DNA of 64,000 nt from an uncultured virus (IMG/VR IMGVR_UViG_3300035670_008414) (IMGVR_UViG_3300035670_008414); one strand, 5' to 3'. Positions 1 through 10,900 are shown, counted from the first letter of the stretch. Notes: a model not told the origin generated them from the letters alone. Numbers and translations: made by a program.

Positions 1-20
1 AATAATTTAAACAAGTAAAA

Positions 21-191
21 ATGGAAAAAAAAGAAAACAAAACAAGCAATCATTCTGAAAATCAGAGTGAAAATGAAAAAAACCAGCAAAACAAACCAAA
101 AGAAAGGATTTTAAAATCTTCGACTACAAAATTAGGGGATTTTGAAGTTTTACAGGAATTAAGCAAAAAATTAAAATCACAAAACAAATGA
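21..191 (+). CDS. 56-aa small protein (not in ORF track); C-terminus resembles Bacteroidota ribosomal protein S1 tail
   Basis: ATG 21, TGA overlapping SSB ATG (ATGA); MEKKENK...STTKLGDFEVLQELSKKLKSQNK. Confidence 0.6.
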   Translation: MEKKENKTSNHSENQSENEKNQQNKPKERILKSSTTKLGDFEVLQELSKKLKSQNK

Positions 192-511
192 GAAAAATAG
201 TAATTATAGGAAATTTGACTTCCGATTGCGAGGTAAAAACATTTGGCACTAAAAATGTATTAAATTTTACTGTGGCAGTAAATGATAAATTCAAAGATTC
301 TAGCGGAAATAAAGTAGAAAAGGCTTTGTTTTACAACTGTAACTACTGGAAAGAAAATACTAAATTATCAGAATTTCTAACAAAAGGAACTAAGATATAT
401 TTAGAAGGAACTCCAGATGCCGATGTTTTTAAAGATAGGAATGGAGAATATAGAGCTTCAATAAAAATAAATGTTTCTAATATCGAGCTTATATCTAGTA
501 AAAAAGATTGA
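188..511 (+). CDS. ssb: Single-stranded DNA-binding protein
   Basis: IIGNLTSD..., NFTVAVN, LTKGTKIYLEG OB-fold SSB motifs; lacks acidic tail. Confidence 0.9.
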   Translation: MRKIVIIGNLTSDCEVKTFGTKNVLNFTVAVNDKFKDSSGNKVEKALFYNCNYWKENTKLSEFLTKGTKIYLEGTPDADVFKDRNGEYRASIKINVSNIELISSKKD

Positions 512-563
512 AATAAAAATAAAAGTAATAAAAAGTAATATAAAATAATAAAAAACCAATAAC

Positions 564-1109
564 ATGAAAAAGACAATGACAATATTATTTATGATTTTAG
601 GATTAATTTCATATTCTCAGAATAATAAAAAAACAATCTCAAATAAGGATAGTGTATATATAGTAAAGCAGGTAGATGATATGAATGATAAAACATATTA
701 TTTTCCATCAAAAGCCTTAGTATGTATTGATGAAGTTAAAGCTCAAGGAATAAGTTTATCCTCATTTATAGATGCAAAAGATGGTGTTATATCAGTATCA
801 GATTTGAAAATGAAAATGGTAGGTATTGGAAATTGTGTAGAAAATAATACTTTCATTGTAAAATTTTCAGATGAATCTAAAATAGAATTGAAAAGCTGGA
901 ATGATTTTAATTGTGAGGGAGATGCTTGGTTTTCAGTAAAGGAGGATAATTTAAAATCATTGGAAACCAAAAAAATAACAAAAATAAGGGTTCAGAATGG
1001 TAGAACTTTTGAAAGCTTTACAATGGAAGTTCCAGAAATTGATTCGGATTATTTTATTCAGCTTATATATGCAACCAAAAACAATAAAATAAAAACACTA
1101 AAAAAATAA
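564..1109 (+). CDS. Secreted/periplasmic hypothetical protein with Sec signal peptide
   Basis: MKKTMTILFMILGLISYSQ, a Bacteroidota-type signal ending before Q. Confidence 0.7.
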   Translation: MKKTMTILFMILGLISYSQNNKKTISNKDSVYIVKQVDDMNDKTYYFPSKALVCIDEVKAQGISLSSFIDAKDGVISVSDLKMKMVGIGNCVENNTFIVKFSDESKIELKSWNDFNCEGDAWFSVKEDNLKSLETKKITKIRVQNGRTFESFTMEVPEIDSDYFIQLIYATKNNKIKTLKK

Positions 1110-1111
1110 AA

Positions 1112-1288
1112 ATGGCAAATAGAAATATATCAATAACTATAAGTCCAAAAAGCTTAGAATTGCTTACTAAGATAGTTGAGCTTGAAAAACAGCTATATGG
1201 AAGTTCAAAGGGCAGGAGTGCTATTATAAATGAATGTATAATCATGCAATCTGAATCCATAATAAAAAAGCTATCATCAAAGTCCTAG
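1112..1288 (+). CDS. Ribbon-helix-helix DNA-binding protein, 58 aa (not in ORF track)
   Basis: MANRNISITISPKSLELLTKIVE...GRSAIINECI: alternating beta ribbon then two helices with RS.II motif. Confidence 0.7.
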   Translation: MANRNISITISPKSLELLTKIVELEKQLYGSSKGRSAIINECIIMQSESIIKKLSSKS

Positions 1289-1300
1289 TTTTATTTTTAA

Positions 1301-1358
1301 AAATAACTTTTTATTTTATAAAATAACTTTTTATTTTCTAAGATAATTTTTAAATTTG
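1301..1358 (+). promoter_or_regulatory. 20-bp tandem repeats (operator-like) plus TAnnTTTG -7 promoter element
   Basis: aaataactttttattttata / aaataactttttattttcta / degenerate third copy; taaatttg at 1351-1358 just before ORF 1364. Confidence 0.55.
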
Positions 1359-1363
1359 TCATT

Positions 1364-1720
1364 ATGTTTATAGTTAATGGCAAATTATCTGATAAGTCTT
1401 TTGTTAAGACTGGGGTATCTGAAAATGGTGCTTGGAAGATTATTCATTTTCTTATAGAGAAAACAAGGAAAAGAAAGCCAATTAAGATACCTCTAGTCGC
1501 AAAAGGCAAATTAGCCGAAAAAATAGAAAGTATTGCTCTAGGGGAAAAAATTGTTGTTAATTTCTTTATAGAAGGAAGGAAACACAATGATAGGTATTTC
1601 ACAAATTGTGTGGCTACTGAAATAGATAAATATGTTAGGAAGTCCAGATACAAATATGAATATAAAGATTCGGACTTTGAATTTAATAAGGATTACAACC
1701 TATTTAATGAAAATTTATAA
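1364..1720 (+). CDS. DUF3127-like OB-fold (SSB-like) protein
   Basis: G.S.NG.WK...F.IE, GEKIVVNFFIEGR.HNDRYFTN pattern. Confidence 0.75.
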   Translation: MFIVNGKLSDKSFVKTGVSENGAWKIIHFLIEKTRKRKPIKIPLVAKGKLAEKIESIALGEKIVVNFFIEGRKHNDRYFTNCVATEIDKYVRKSRYKYEYKDSDFEFNKDYNLFNENL

Positions 1721-1722
1721 AA

Positions 1723-1929
1723 ATGAACAAAAGAAAAAAAATAACAAGGCTTAAAATAATTCTAATGCAAAGGGGATTATCCCAGACCGATTTTGCCAAA
1801 ATGGTAGGTATGCACAATTATGAGATAAGCAATTTGTGTTCAGGCAAAAAGGTTAATTTGTTTTTAGAAACAGCAAAGAAAATTTCTAACGCACTTAATT
1901 TAACACTTGACGATGTTTTTGGAGACTAA
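1723..1929 (+). CDS. XRE/Cro helix-turn-helix regulator
   Basis: RGLSQTDFAKMVGM...ISNLCSGK...AKKISNALNLTLDDVF. Confidence 0.9.
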   Translation: MNKRKKITRLKIILMQRGLSQTDFAKMVGMHNYEISNLCSGKKVNLFLETAKKISNALNLTLDDVFGD

Positions 1930-2242
1930 AGAAATAAAGGCTAAAATAACATTTAATAATAAACAAATGTTAATTCCCATTTCGGAGGATTTTTATACCG
2001 AGTATAGGGTTCTGGAAGAAATGGCATCAATGGTTCTTGAGCAAAATTTTACATTAGAACAAACCGAATTAGAAAGGCAGTATGATTTAGTAGAAGAAAA
2101 ATTTCAAGATAAATTAATTTCATTAATAGAAAAAAAATTTAAAAAGAAAATTAAAAAAGACTGCTTTTACTATGAGGACTATAAGATAAATAAAGAAAAT
2201 TTAGAAAAGGGAATAGTTATTATAGCAGATTGTTATGATTAG
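1907..2242 (+). CDS. Hypothetical protein
   Basis: ORF in operon; start uncertain. Confidence 0.55.
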   Translation: MTMFLETKEIKAKITFNNKQMLIPISEDFYTEYRVLEEMASMVLEQNFTLEQTELERQYDLVEEKFQDKLISLIEKKFKKKIKKDCFYYEDYKINKENLEKGIVIIADCYD

Positions 2243-2271
2243 AAGATTTAATAATATAAAAAACCAAAGAA

Positions 2272-3705
2272 ATGAAATCAGTATTAGACCTAACAAAAGC
2301 AATAACCGATGGTCAATTTTATAAAGAGCAGTTTGAAAATAATGGTAATGAAAAAAACATTCTGTTTTTAGAACCTCAGCTTACTTCTAAGCATTTATAT
2401 AAATTCATACTTCCATACTTTTGTTTTTACGATGATAAGGTATATACAGCTATAACAGGATTAGGCAAATATGACCCTTATAGACAAATAGTGGGTATTG
2501 AAGCCAATCTTAATGAAAAGGAAATCCTATGGGCAGATTATATTGTAATTCCATTTACAACTATGGATTTGTCAAAAGAGTATGGAATATATTCGGCTAT
2601 CAGGGAGGTTAATCCAGATTGTAAAATTGTATTTTTTGTAGATTTTAATTTTTATGAATTAAGCCAAGAGCATCCCCATAAAGAATTATTTTCTTTTCAG
2701 AATATAGTTGATATTGTAGAAAAGAATATATTATTTTCTGATTTGTGCCTTACAAATAATATTCAATTAAGAGGTTATTTGATTAAAAAATTCACTCAAT
2801 TAGTTGAAAGCAAATATGTTGGTGTAGAAAATATTGATGTTAATTTTGGAACTATACCTTATTTAATAGATGAGCAAATAGTTTTACAAAATGTAGAATT
2901 TGAATATCAAAAGCCTGAACCAGTTATTAATAAGGAAATATTCATAAAGGTAGCGGAGGTTGCTGATGAAATAAAAAAAGAGGATTTGGAGCAAAATAAA
3001 GATAAGGCTAAAAAATTAAATAGTAAAAACGCTCCCAGAAAGGTATCAACTAAAACAAAAAAGGTAGTAGCTAAAAGAGGTAGGAAAAAGAAAGAAGAAG
3101 AAAAACCTATTGTTGAGGAAACTAAAATAGAACCTATCGAAATAAAAAAATTGCCTAAGAAATACAATATAGGTATTATTTGTTCTGGAAGTAATTTAGG
3201 AGATATAAAAGAATATAACGAGGAGTTTAAGAAAATAAATGATAAATATGGAGATGATGTTAATTTAATATTTATCGGTTATGATTACGATGAGGACAAA
3301 AATAAGGGCAACATATTAGAGGGGGTAAACTTTGAATATGTAAAGCAAGTATCAATTATTCATTTTTTCAAGCAGTTACAGGCTTTGCAATTAGATTTAG
3401 TATTCATCCCTTTAAAAAAGAATCTATACAATATTACTAGTGAAAATATAAACAAATATTTGGAATGTGGAATATTAAATATACCAGTAATTTGTTTGGA
3501 TATAGCTCCTTATAACCAGATTATATTGAATCAAAGGAATGGATTTGTTTATGAGAATAAAGAAAGTTTTCTAAATGATTTAGATGCAATATTAAATAAT
3601 AAAGACCTTATAAAATCGGTTTCTGAACAATGCAAAAAAGATGTTTTAGAAAACTATTCTTATAACAATAAAACAATAGACTTAATTCATACCATATATA
3701 TATAG
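2272..3705 (+). CDS. GT-B (GT4-like) glycosyltransferase-like protein with Lys-rich insertion
   Basis: C-terminal DLVFIPL..N..N...SENINKYLECGILNIPVICLDIAPY..II....NGF. Confidence 0.7.
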   Translation: MKSVLDLTKAITDGQFYKEQFENNGNEKNILFLEPQLTSKHLYKFILPYFCFYDDKVYTAITGLGKYDPYRQIVGIEANLNEKEILWADYIVIPFTTMDLSKEYGIYSAIREVNPDCKIVFFVDFNFYELSQEHPHKELFSFQNIVDIVEKNILFSDLCLTNNIQLRGYLIKKFTQLVESKYVGVENIDVNFGTIPYLIDEQIVLQNVEFEYQKPEPVINKEIFIKVAEVADEIKKEDLEQNKDKAKKLNSKNAPRKVSTKTKKVVAKRGRKKKEEEKPIVEETKIEPIEIKKLPKKYNIGIICSGSNLGDIKEYNEEFKKINDKYGDDVNLIFIGYDYDEDKNKGNILEGVNFEYVKQVSIIHFFKQLQALQLDLVFIPLKKNLYNITSENINKYLECGILNIPVICLDIAPYNQIILNQRNGFVYENKESFLNDLDAILNNKDLIKSVSEQCKKDVLENYSYNNKTIDLIHTIYI

Positions 3706-3708
3706 TAA

Positions 3709-4623
3709 TTATTCTTGGACATTAAAAAACTTAGTTTTGTGTTTTTTATCTTTCCACATAATTTCTATATAGCTTGTATTTTTAGAGCTTTTAAATTCGT
3801 ATTTATATAACTTATCGGCTCTACTAATAATATTTTCAACCTCTGCTTGTGGTATATATCCCCAAAGTCTCATTTGAAAAGAATCCATTATTGTTTGGTA
3901 AATGCTCTGACAATAATCTTCAAATACCTTATCCATATCAATAGGAGCTTGTTCTACCTGAGAATTGCTTCCCCAGTTTTGTTGAGCAGTATTTTGAGCA
4001 ATAATTGAAGGATAGGCTTCTGAAAGGACTTGATAATGAATGTCTTTATTTTCTCTTTGAGCAGGGGGGTTATTAATAGTGTGCTGGTATGTACTAGCTG
4101 GATTTCTAGGAGTAAATTTGTTGTCTAAATGATTATCCTTATTTTCTACAAAATTGTAAGAAGGATTAATATTATCGGATGCGGTTTCAGTAATTTTAGA
4201 AGCATTTTGTTCTTTAAGTTCTAGCAATAGTGATTCCTTTCCATCAATCCATTCTTTAATAAGGTTCACAGCTACTAAATCCTTATCCATAATTTGACTA
4301 ATCATTGAGAACATATTTGGATTAGATACAAACATGGAAAAATCAGTTACCAAGCTATTTATGGAATCTAAAATATTTTGAGGTAGTAAATAAACATTAA
4401 TGTCGTATTGAGAAATAATATTCTTAGTCTGGGTTTGTAAATCTGATTGAGGAAATGGATTGAATTGTTTAGGCTTTTCATTTCCATATATTTTTTTCAA
4501 TAAATCGAAATCATTAGATTCTAACTCTACTGTAATTTTTTCTTTCTTTTGAGCAGGTCTCCCTCTTTTTACAGGTTTAATTTCAGGCTTTTCTTCCTTT
4601 TTTTTTGATATTTTCTTTGCCAT
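3709..4623 (-). CDS. Hypothetical protein with N-terminal basic KRGRP (AT-hook-like) motif
   Basis: 304-aa ORF, divergent from the 4729 operon. Confidence 0.75.
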   Translation of the reverse strand: MAKKISKKKEEKPEIKPVKRGRPAQKKEKITVELESNDFDLLKKIYGNEKPKQFNPFPQSDLQTQTKNIISQYDINVYLLPQNILDSINSLVTDFSMFVSNPNMFSMISQIMDKDLVAVNLIKEWIDGKESLLLELKEQNASKITETASDNINPSYNFVENKDNHLDNKFTPRNPASTYQHTINNPPAQRENKDIHYQVLSEAYPSIIAQNTAQQNWGSNSQVEQAPIDMDKVFEDYCQSIYQTIMDSFQMRLWGYIPQAEVENIISRADKLYKYEFKSSKNTSYIEIMWKDKKHKTKFFNVQE

Positions 4624-4706
4624 AGTATTTTGGTTTTACTTATTTTTTGTAAAAGTAAAAAATATTATTGTTATTAAAAACTTGTTAATAATATTTGTAT
4701 AATTAT

Positions 4707-4714
4707 TAGATTTG
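4707..4714 (+). promoter_or_regulatory. Bacteroidota-type -7 promoter element
   Basis: tagatttg 14 nt before ORF 4729 in a divergent intergenic region. Confidence 0.45.
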
Positions 4715-4728
4715 TAAAAAGCAAGAAA

Positions 4729-6006
4729 ATGTCTAAAAATAAAAGCAAGGGCGGTATGTTTATGGGAAAGCTTCATAGTGAAGGGGGTATTCCTATAAAG
4801 ATAAAAGAGACTGGACAAGCAATAGAAGTAGAGGGAGATGAGCCATTAATAAGCAATGAAGCAATTAGTGATAATGTAGTTAGAAAAAGACAAGGAACTA
4901 ATGTTGAAATACTAGACCAAATAAATAAAAAGGTAGGTGCTAAAGGAATGAAGGAAAAGGCTACCGAAGTTCATTTAGGGGATGCTATTGTATGTAGAAA
5001 ATCAGCTTACGATAAAAAGAAAAGAACATATATAGGAACGGATAAGCAAATTGTTAGTGCTATAAATAAAAGTGGAGGGTGCAGGGAGATAGAAAAAGGT
5101 GCTAAAGCAATCGAGCCAGATGGTAGTGTTATTCAATATAAAAAGGGGGGTAGCTTAAAAACAAGGTGGGATAAGAAAAAAGCGAGTATTGAGCAGTTAT
5201 CAAAAAACATTCAAAGACTTAGATTAAATTTAACAAAATCATTAAAGTCAAAGGATGAAAAAGAATTTCTCACAGCATTAGTTATTTCTATAATGATGAA
5301 AACTGGAGAAAGGGTAGGTAACTATACTAGTGCTAAAAATGGTCATTTTGGAGTTTCAGGTTTTAGAAAAAAACATATTAAAGTAGAAGGTTCAAATGTA
5401 TATTTAGACTATGTAGGAAAATCTGGAGTAGAACAAGAGAAAAAATTTACCGATAAGGTTTTAAGTTCATATTTAAAGAAAGCAATTAAAGATTCTCCTA
5501 GTCAATATGTTTTTACTACTTCCGATGGTTTTAGAATAAAAGCAGATAGGGTAAATAGATATTTAGAAGATTTTGATGTTACAGCAAAGGATATTCGTGG
5601 GTTTTCGGCTAATAACTGGATTGTAAAAAAGTTAGAGAATTTAGAAATACCTGATTCTGAAAATCAAAGAAAAAGATTATTCAATAAGGTTGGGAAATCA
5701 GTTGCTAAAAAAATAGGTCATGGATTTGCAACACTAAAGAAACATTATTTAATGCCAGAAATCTATGATTACTATTTAAGATATGGTAAAATATTAGATA
5801 CTAAGGAAGCCACTATGTTTGCTAGTGGAGGGGAATTAATAGATGAGAGTTTAAATTTAAGGATTGAGAATAGGTTAAAAGATAATGAAATTACAATTAA
5901 GGATTTAATTGTAATAATTGGAAAAGAACCTGATTACCCTTATGAATATGTAGGTAATTATAAATTACAGAAATGCTTTTTAAGACCTTGTTATAAATTA
6001 GTATGA
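4729..6006 (+). CDS. Polyprotein: HSEGG/EVEG domain - YKKGG - DNA topoisomerase IB catalytic domain - FASGG - C-terminal tag
   Basis: Topo IB pentad: GERVGN (R), YVGKSG (K), KDIRGF (R), IGHG (H), KKHYL (Y). Confidence 0.85.
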   Translation: MSKNKSKGGMFMGKLHSEGGIPIKIKETGQAIEVEGDEPLISNEAISDNVVRKRQGTNVEILDQINKKVGAKGMKEKATEVHLGDAIVCRKSAYDKKKRTYIGTDKQIVSAINKSGGCREIEKGAKAIEPDGSVIQYKKGGSLKTRWDKKKASIEQLSKNIQRLRLNLTKSLKSKDEKEFLTALVISIMMKTGERVGNYTSAKNGHFGVSGFRKKHIKVEGSNVYLDYVGKSGVEQEKKFTDKVLSSYLKKAIKDSPSQYVFTTSDGFRIKADRVNRYLEDFDVTAKDIRGFSANNWIVKKLENLEIPDSENQRKRLFNKVGKSVAKKIGHGFATLKKHYLMPEIYDYYLRYGKILDTKEATMFASGGELIDESLNLRIENRLKDNEITIKDLIVIIGKEPDYPYEYVGNYKLQKCFLRPCYKLV

Positions 6007-7760
6007 CTTTATTAGCACCCAACGGAAAGCCGAGTAATTTAACTCCAGAGCAATATAGAATTGTTCGCACCCATGAATTTATTTCTTGGTTCGGAGATTG
6101 GGAAAAGGCATACGAAACAGGTAATTACGATAATGTTTCAAAGGTTATTGATGAAGAAACAAAAGAACCTTTAGTCGTATATCATGGAACTGATAGAGAT
6201 TTTAATGTATTCGATAAAAATAGAGCAGGAGAATTAGAAACAATAGAAGGGGTTGATAGAAAAATAGGTATTTATTTTAGTAATAAAAGAAGTATTGCAC
6301 GATTTTACACTAAAAATAAAGGTAAAATTTTAGAAGTTTTTTTATGTATAAAAACTCCATTAAAGACAGATAAAGATAAGCTATCAACTTTTCAAATACG
6401 TTTTTTTAAAGAATCAGGAGATGATGGAATAATATGGAATAGGGGTAGTGGAATTTATATTAACAATAAAAAAATACCATTAGAAAAAGGAGAAAAAGCA
6501 GAAATTGAATATATTGTTTTTGAACCCGAACAAATAAAACTTGCCGATGGAACAAACACTACTTTTGATAAAAATAATCCTGATATAAGGTATGATTATG
6601 GAGGTGTTGCTACAAAAATAAAAATGCCAAGTTTTATTGCTCCGAATGGTAATAGAAGTAATCTTTTTCGTATTACAGCAGAAGGAGAAGATGGTAGGTG
6701 GGTTTACCTTTATGATATAGTAAGAACTCCAGAATTTAAAAATTGGTTTGGCGACTGGGAAGAAGCATATAGAACAAAGGATTATGATGGTGTATCAAAA
6801 ATTATAGATGAAAATGGAGAGCCACTTATTTGCTATCATACAACCAATGCAGATTTCTGGGAGTTTAGCGATAGTTATATTGGAAGTAAGACAGATGCAG
6901 GTTTTTATGGAAAAGGTTTCTATTTTACGGAGGGTTCTCCAGATTCTCATTATGGTCAAAGAGAGATACCTTGTTTCTTAAATATCAGAAATCCTTTTAT
7001 ACACATTAGCACATATAGAACTTATCAGCTTAATACAGATGAACTTAAAAGCAAAGGACACGATGGAGTTCTTGTTTTTCCTAATTATTTAGATGCTGAT
7101 AATATTGATTTAAGTAATGGATTAGGTTATAAAGCAAATAGAGTAGATGAAATAGTTGCTTATTATTCAGAAGATATAAAATTAGCCGATGCAACTAATA
7201 CTAAGTTTGATAAATATGACAGTGATATAAGGTATTCAAAAGGAGGTATGATAACAGAAGAAGAAAAAAAGGAAATCTATAAAAAGTGGAAAGACCTTGT
7301 AAATATGTCGGCATCTGAGCTTAAAAAGTTTATGGATAGTGAAGAAGGCAAGGTAGCAGGATTATCAAAAAAAGAAGCTGATAAACTTGGAATAGATTAC
7401 GGAAGGGAAAGTGCTAAGTGGATTCTTAAAATGAAAGATACTCCAGTTAAGGATTGGACACCTAATATGTGGAGATGGGCGAAAAAGCAAATTAGCTTTA
7501 ATTCAAGGATGCGAGGTAATAAAGGAAAATTGTACGATGAAAAAGGCAGAAAGACTAGAAAGCATTTGAGTTTATTGATTTGGGGTCATAATCCTGAGAA
7601 ATATGAGAATGGAGGTATATTGTCTCAAATTTTAGAAGCAAATGAAGTAGAAGGAATTATAGGTAGAAAATTAAACCTATGGAATGACAATATTGTATTT
7701 ATAGAAGGTAAAAAATATAAGAAAATGTATTTGAAACCATTTTACGAAAGAGTTATATGA
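6003..7760 (+). CDS. Polyvalent polyprotein: 2x ADP-ribosyltransferase-like (ART-PolyVal) + DUF3140-like + C-terminal tag
   Basis: Two YHGT/YHTT..G[IF]YF..E.[IV] modules; LVNMSASEL...LSLLIWGHNP; linkers YDYGG, YSKGG, YENGG. Confidence 0.8.
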   Translation: MTLLAPNGKPSNLTPEQYRIVRTHEFISWFGDWEKAYETGNYDNVSKVIDEETKEPLVVYHGTDRDFNVFDKNRAGELETIEGVDRKIGIYFSNKRSIARFYTKNKGKILEVFLCIKTPLKTDKDKLSTFQIRFFKESGDDGIIWNRGSGIYINNKKIPLEKGEKAEIEYIVFEPEQIKLADGTNTTFDKNNPDIRYDYGGVATKIKMPSFIAPNGNRSNLFRITAEGEDGRWVYLYDIVRTPEFKNWFGDWEEAYRTKDYDGVSKIIDENGEPLICYHTTNADFWEFSDSYIGSKTDAGFYGKGFYFTEGSPDSHYGQREIPCFLNIRNPFIHISTYRTYQLNTDELKSKGHDGVLVFPNYLDADNIDLSNGLGYKANRVDEIVAYYSEDIKLADATNTKFDKYDSDIRYSKGGMITEEEKKEIYKKWKDLVNMSASELKKFMDSEEGKVAGLSKKEADKLGIDYGRESAKWILKMKDTPVKDWTPNMWRWAKKQISFNSRMRGNKGKLYDEKGRKTRKHLSLLIWGHNPEKYENGGILSQILEANEVEGIIGRKLNLWNDNIVFIEGKKYKKMYLKPFYERVI

Positions 7761-7933
7761 ATGAGGAAAAAGAAATATTTTTGCCAGATACAAGCATTAA
7801 ATTAAAGAATCTGAAAAGTAAACTAAATAATGTTTATGAATTAGATTTAATAACCAAAAGAGAAAAAATGATATACATAGGAATACTAGGTATATTGGGG
7901 GGAATTATACTCTACAAATTTTTAAAAAAATGA
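7757..7933 (+). CDS. 58-aa tail-anchored membrane protein (not in ORF track)
   Basis: ATGA overlaps at both ends; MIYIGILGILGGIILYKFLKK. Confidence 0.7.
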   Translation: MNEEKEIFLPDTSIKLKNLKSKLNNVYELDLITKREKMIYIGILGILGGIILYKFLKK

Positions 7934-10900
7934 GAATTGCTCAAACACCATCTCCTAAAAAAGAACGGATATTTGGTTCAAAAAAAAACAAGCCTAAATC
8001 ATCTGAAAGCAAATACAAAGCAAGTTCAATAGTTTTAAATCCTAAGACTATTGCTTCTATTAAATCAATTATAGAAAAGCATAATGATAAGTTTTCGGAT
8101 AAAAAAATACCATTAGCTACTGCAAAGGCTGTTGTTCGTAGAGGTATGGGAGCTTATAGTGTATCACATAGACCAACAATAAAAGGAGGTAAACCAAATA
8201 GCAGGGTTGCTTGGGGATTAGCCAGATTAAATGCCTTTGTTTATAAAATACAAAAAGGAACTTCTAAATCTGGAAGATACAATCAGGATGATGATTTGAT
8301 AAATGAATTAGGATATAGAGTAAAAAAATATGCCGAAGGAGGAAAAATGGAAAATAATATAATTGGAGGTAAATCAGATAAAAAAACAATAGAAGATATT
8401 GCTAATATGCACAATGTTTCTATTGATTTTGCTAAAGAGCAATTAGAAAAAGGAATAAAGGTTGAAATGGAACATACAAGCGATACCGAAAAAGCTTACG
8501 AAATTGCATTAGACCATTTATTTGAATTTATTAATTACTACATTGAGCTTGAAAAGATGGAAGAAAAGCTATCTAAACAAGCTAAGTCTGGTATGTCAAA
8601 TGAATATAAGGGTAAGATTTTAGAAAAAATTAATGACACTATATTTTATAGATACTACCCATTAAATTCAAATCCTTTTGATGTTAGCGATAGCCTTGAT
8701 AATAAATATGGAAAAGGAATTTACTTTTTAGATAATCCTTATTACTATCAGGATAAATTCAAAGATGGTATGTTAGTTACCATAAAGCCTAAATTAAAAA
8801 ATCCTAAGTTGTATTTAAGAAAAGAATCAATAACTCCTAATATTGATTATTCATTAGATATTATTGATGCCTTAAAAGATAATATTAAAAACAAAAATGA
8901 ATTTTCGGATAAATTGATTTCAGAGGGTTACGATAGTATAATTGCTATTGAGCCTAGAGGAATGTATTTAGTGTTTTTATTTAATGACCCAGAAAATTAT
9001 GATGTTTTATCGGATAAAAGAAACATGATGGCTTATGGGGGGGAAATTAAACCAGTAGATTTTGTTTCAGATACAATTACAAGTTCTATTGAGGATTTAA
9101 TCGCACAGGGAAATTATTCAGATTTAACATTATTAGAAGCTTTGTACTTTTTCAAGACCTTTCGTAACATTGATTATGGTAAGGGAAAATTTATGTCTAA
9201 TGATGGAGTTAAAGGCATAATGCGTAATAAATTAGTTAATCAAGGATATATTAATGATAGCTGGTTAATTTATTATGAAACTGAATTTGCCGATAATTTT
9301 GATATAGATGATGATAATTATTCTCCTACCGAAAAAGGATATAAATTTTTAAATGCTATTGCAAATAGACACAGAACAAGGAAGGGATTAAAAGAGGGTA
9401 TAGATTTATTTCCTGAATTTGCTAATGTAAAAGAATATGACACTAGAAAAGAATCTAATAAAGCCAAATTAGATAATTTGATTGGTTCACTTTCTAAAAA
9501 ATACAATGATGGTGGAGAGGTTCTATTAGCACCGAATGGAAAACCAAGTAATTTAACTCCAGAGCAATATAGAATTGTTCGCACCCCTGAATTTATTTCT
9601 TGGTTCGGAGATTGGATTAATTCTCCAGAAACAGCAAGTAAAGTAGTTGATGAAAATGGAGAGCCATTAATGGTTATACATAAAACAAATTTGGAAAATG
9701 ATTTTTATGTTTTTGATAAGAATAAAATTGGTGATGCAAATTCATTCACAACTTTAAATGGTTTTTTCTTCGGTAATTACGAAAAAGAAAGTAATAATTT
9801 AAGAAACATATTATGCTTTTTGAGTATTAAAAATCCTATTGTTTTGAATCAATCAAATACTTATTTTGATAGTGTTGGTTATCAAGAAGCAGTACAACAT
9901 TTTATTCAAAATGGAACAACTGATTATTTGGTTGATTATTTAGAACACGAAGAATATGATGATTATGAAATAAATGAAATTTTAGATAACTGGAAATACA
10001 CAGATGGTGTTATAGTCAAAAATCTTTATTATGATAATTTCGATATTGAATATGTTGTATTTCAACCCGAACAAATAAAACTTGCCGATGGAACAAACAC
10101 TACTTTTGATGGAAATAACCCTGATATAAGATATTCAAATGGAGGAAATGTTTATTTTAGAAATTTAGCAAATATCAAAATACTTAACGAAAGGGAATCA
10201 AGAACATTTTATAGAAGGACTTATGCCGATGGAACTATACAAGAATTTAGTGTTTTAGGAGAAAGCAATTCCGATATAAGATATGCAAATGGAGGACAAG
10301 CTTCTTCATGGGAAAAAATGACTTCCGCAAGTTCAAGGTTTAAGCCTTCTGAAACTATTGTATTTGACCCTCCTTTGATTGGATTAAATGGTAATAAACT
10401 AACTTCTTATACATGGTCTTATGAAATGACTATGCAACCTAATTGGGAAGGAGAATTAGTTTCTAAAAGAGTTTCAGATTGGACACAAGCCGAAGCTAGT
10501 GCAGAAACAGGAAGGAATTTAGTTCATCAATATACTATTGAGCTACCTAATGGAGATATAAAAACAGTTAGTTCAGAATCAGTACCTATTCTTTTAGGAT
10601 ATGTAGATAGAACTCAGGCAAAGGCATTTGGTAACTTAGCAACTGCATCTAAAACACTTGCAAAACAACAAATGCAATTAGCTATAATGGAAGCTCAAAA
10701 GAAAGAATATGATGAGATAGTTGCTAAATATGAAAAAGAGCTAAAACCTCAAATAAGGATAGCTACATTAGATGAATTAGGTTGGGGAGCAAAAATAAAA
10801 ATGGAAGAAGCTATGCAAAAAAATGAAGTTCCTAGTCAAACTTTTTTTACTATGGGAGATGTTATTATAGGTCAATATAATAAAGATTATTATGATTCTA

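Noticed and set aside
4729..6006. Tyrosine integrase
   Set aside because: Motifs (RVGN, GKSG, KD.R, GH...Y) match Topo IB rather than the HxxR integrase pattern; no att site seen.
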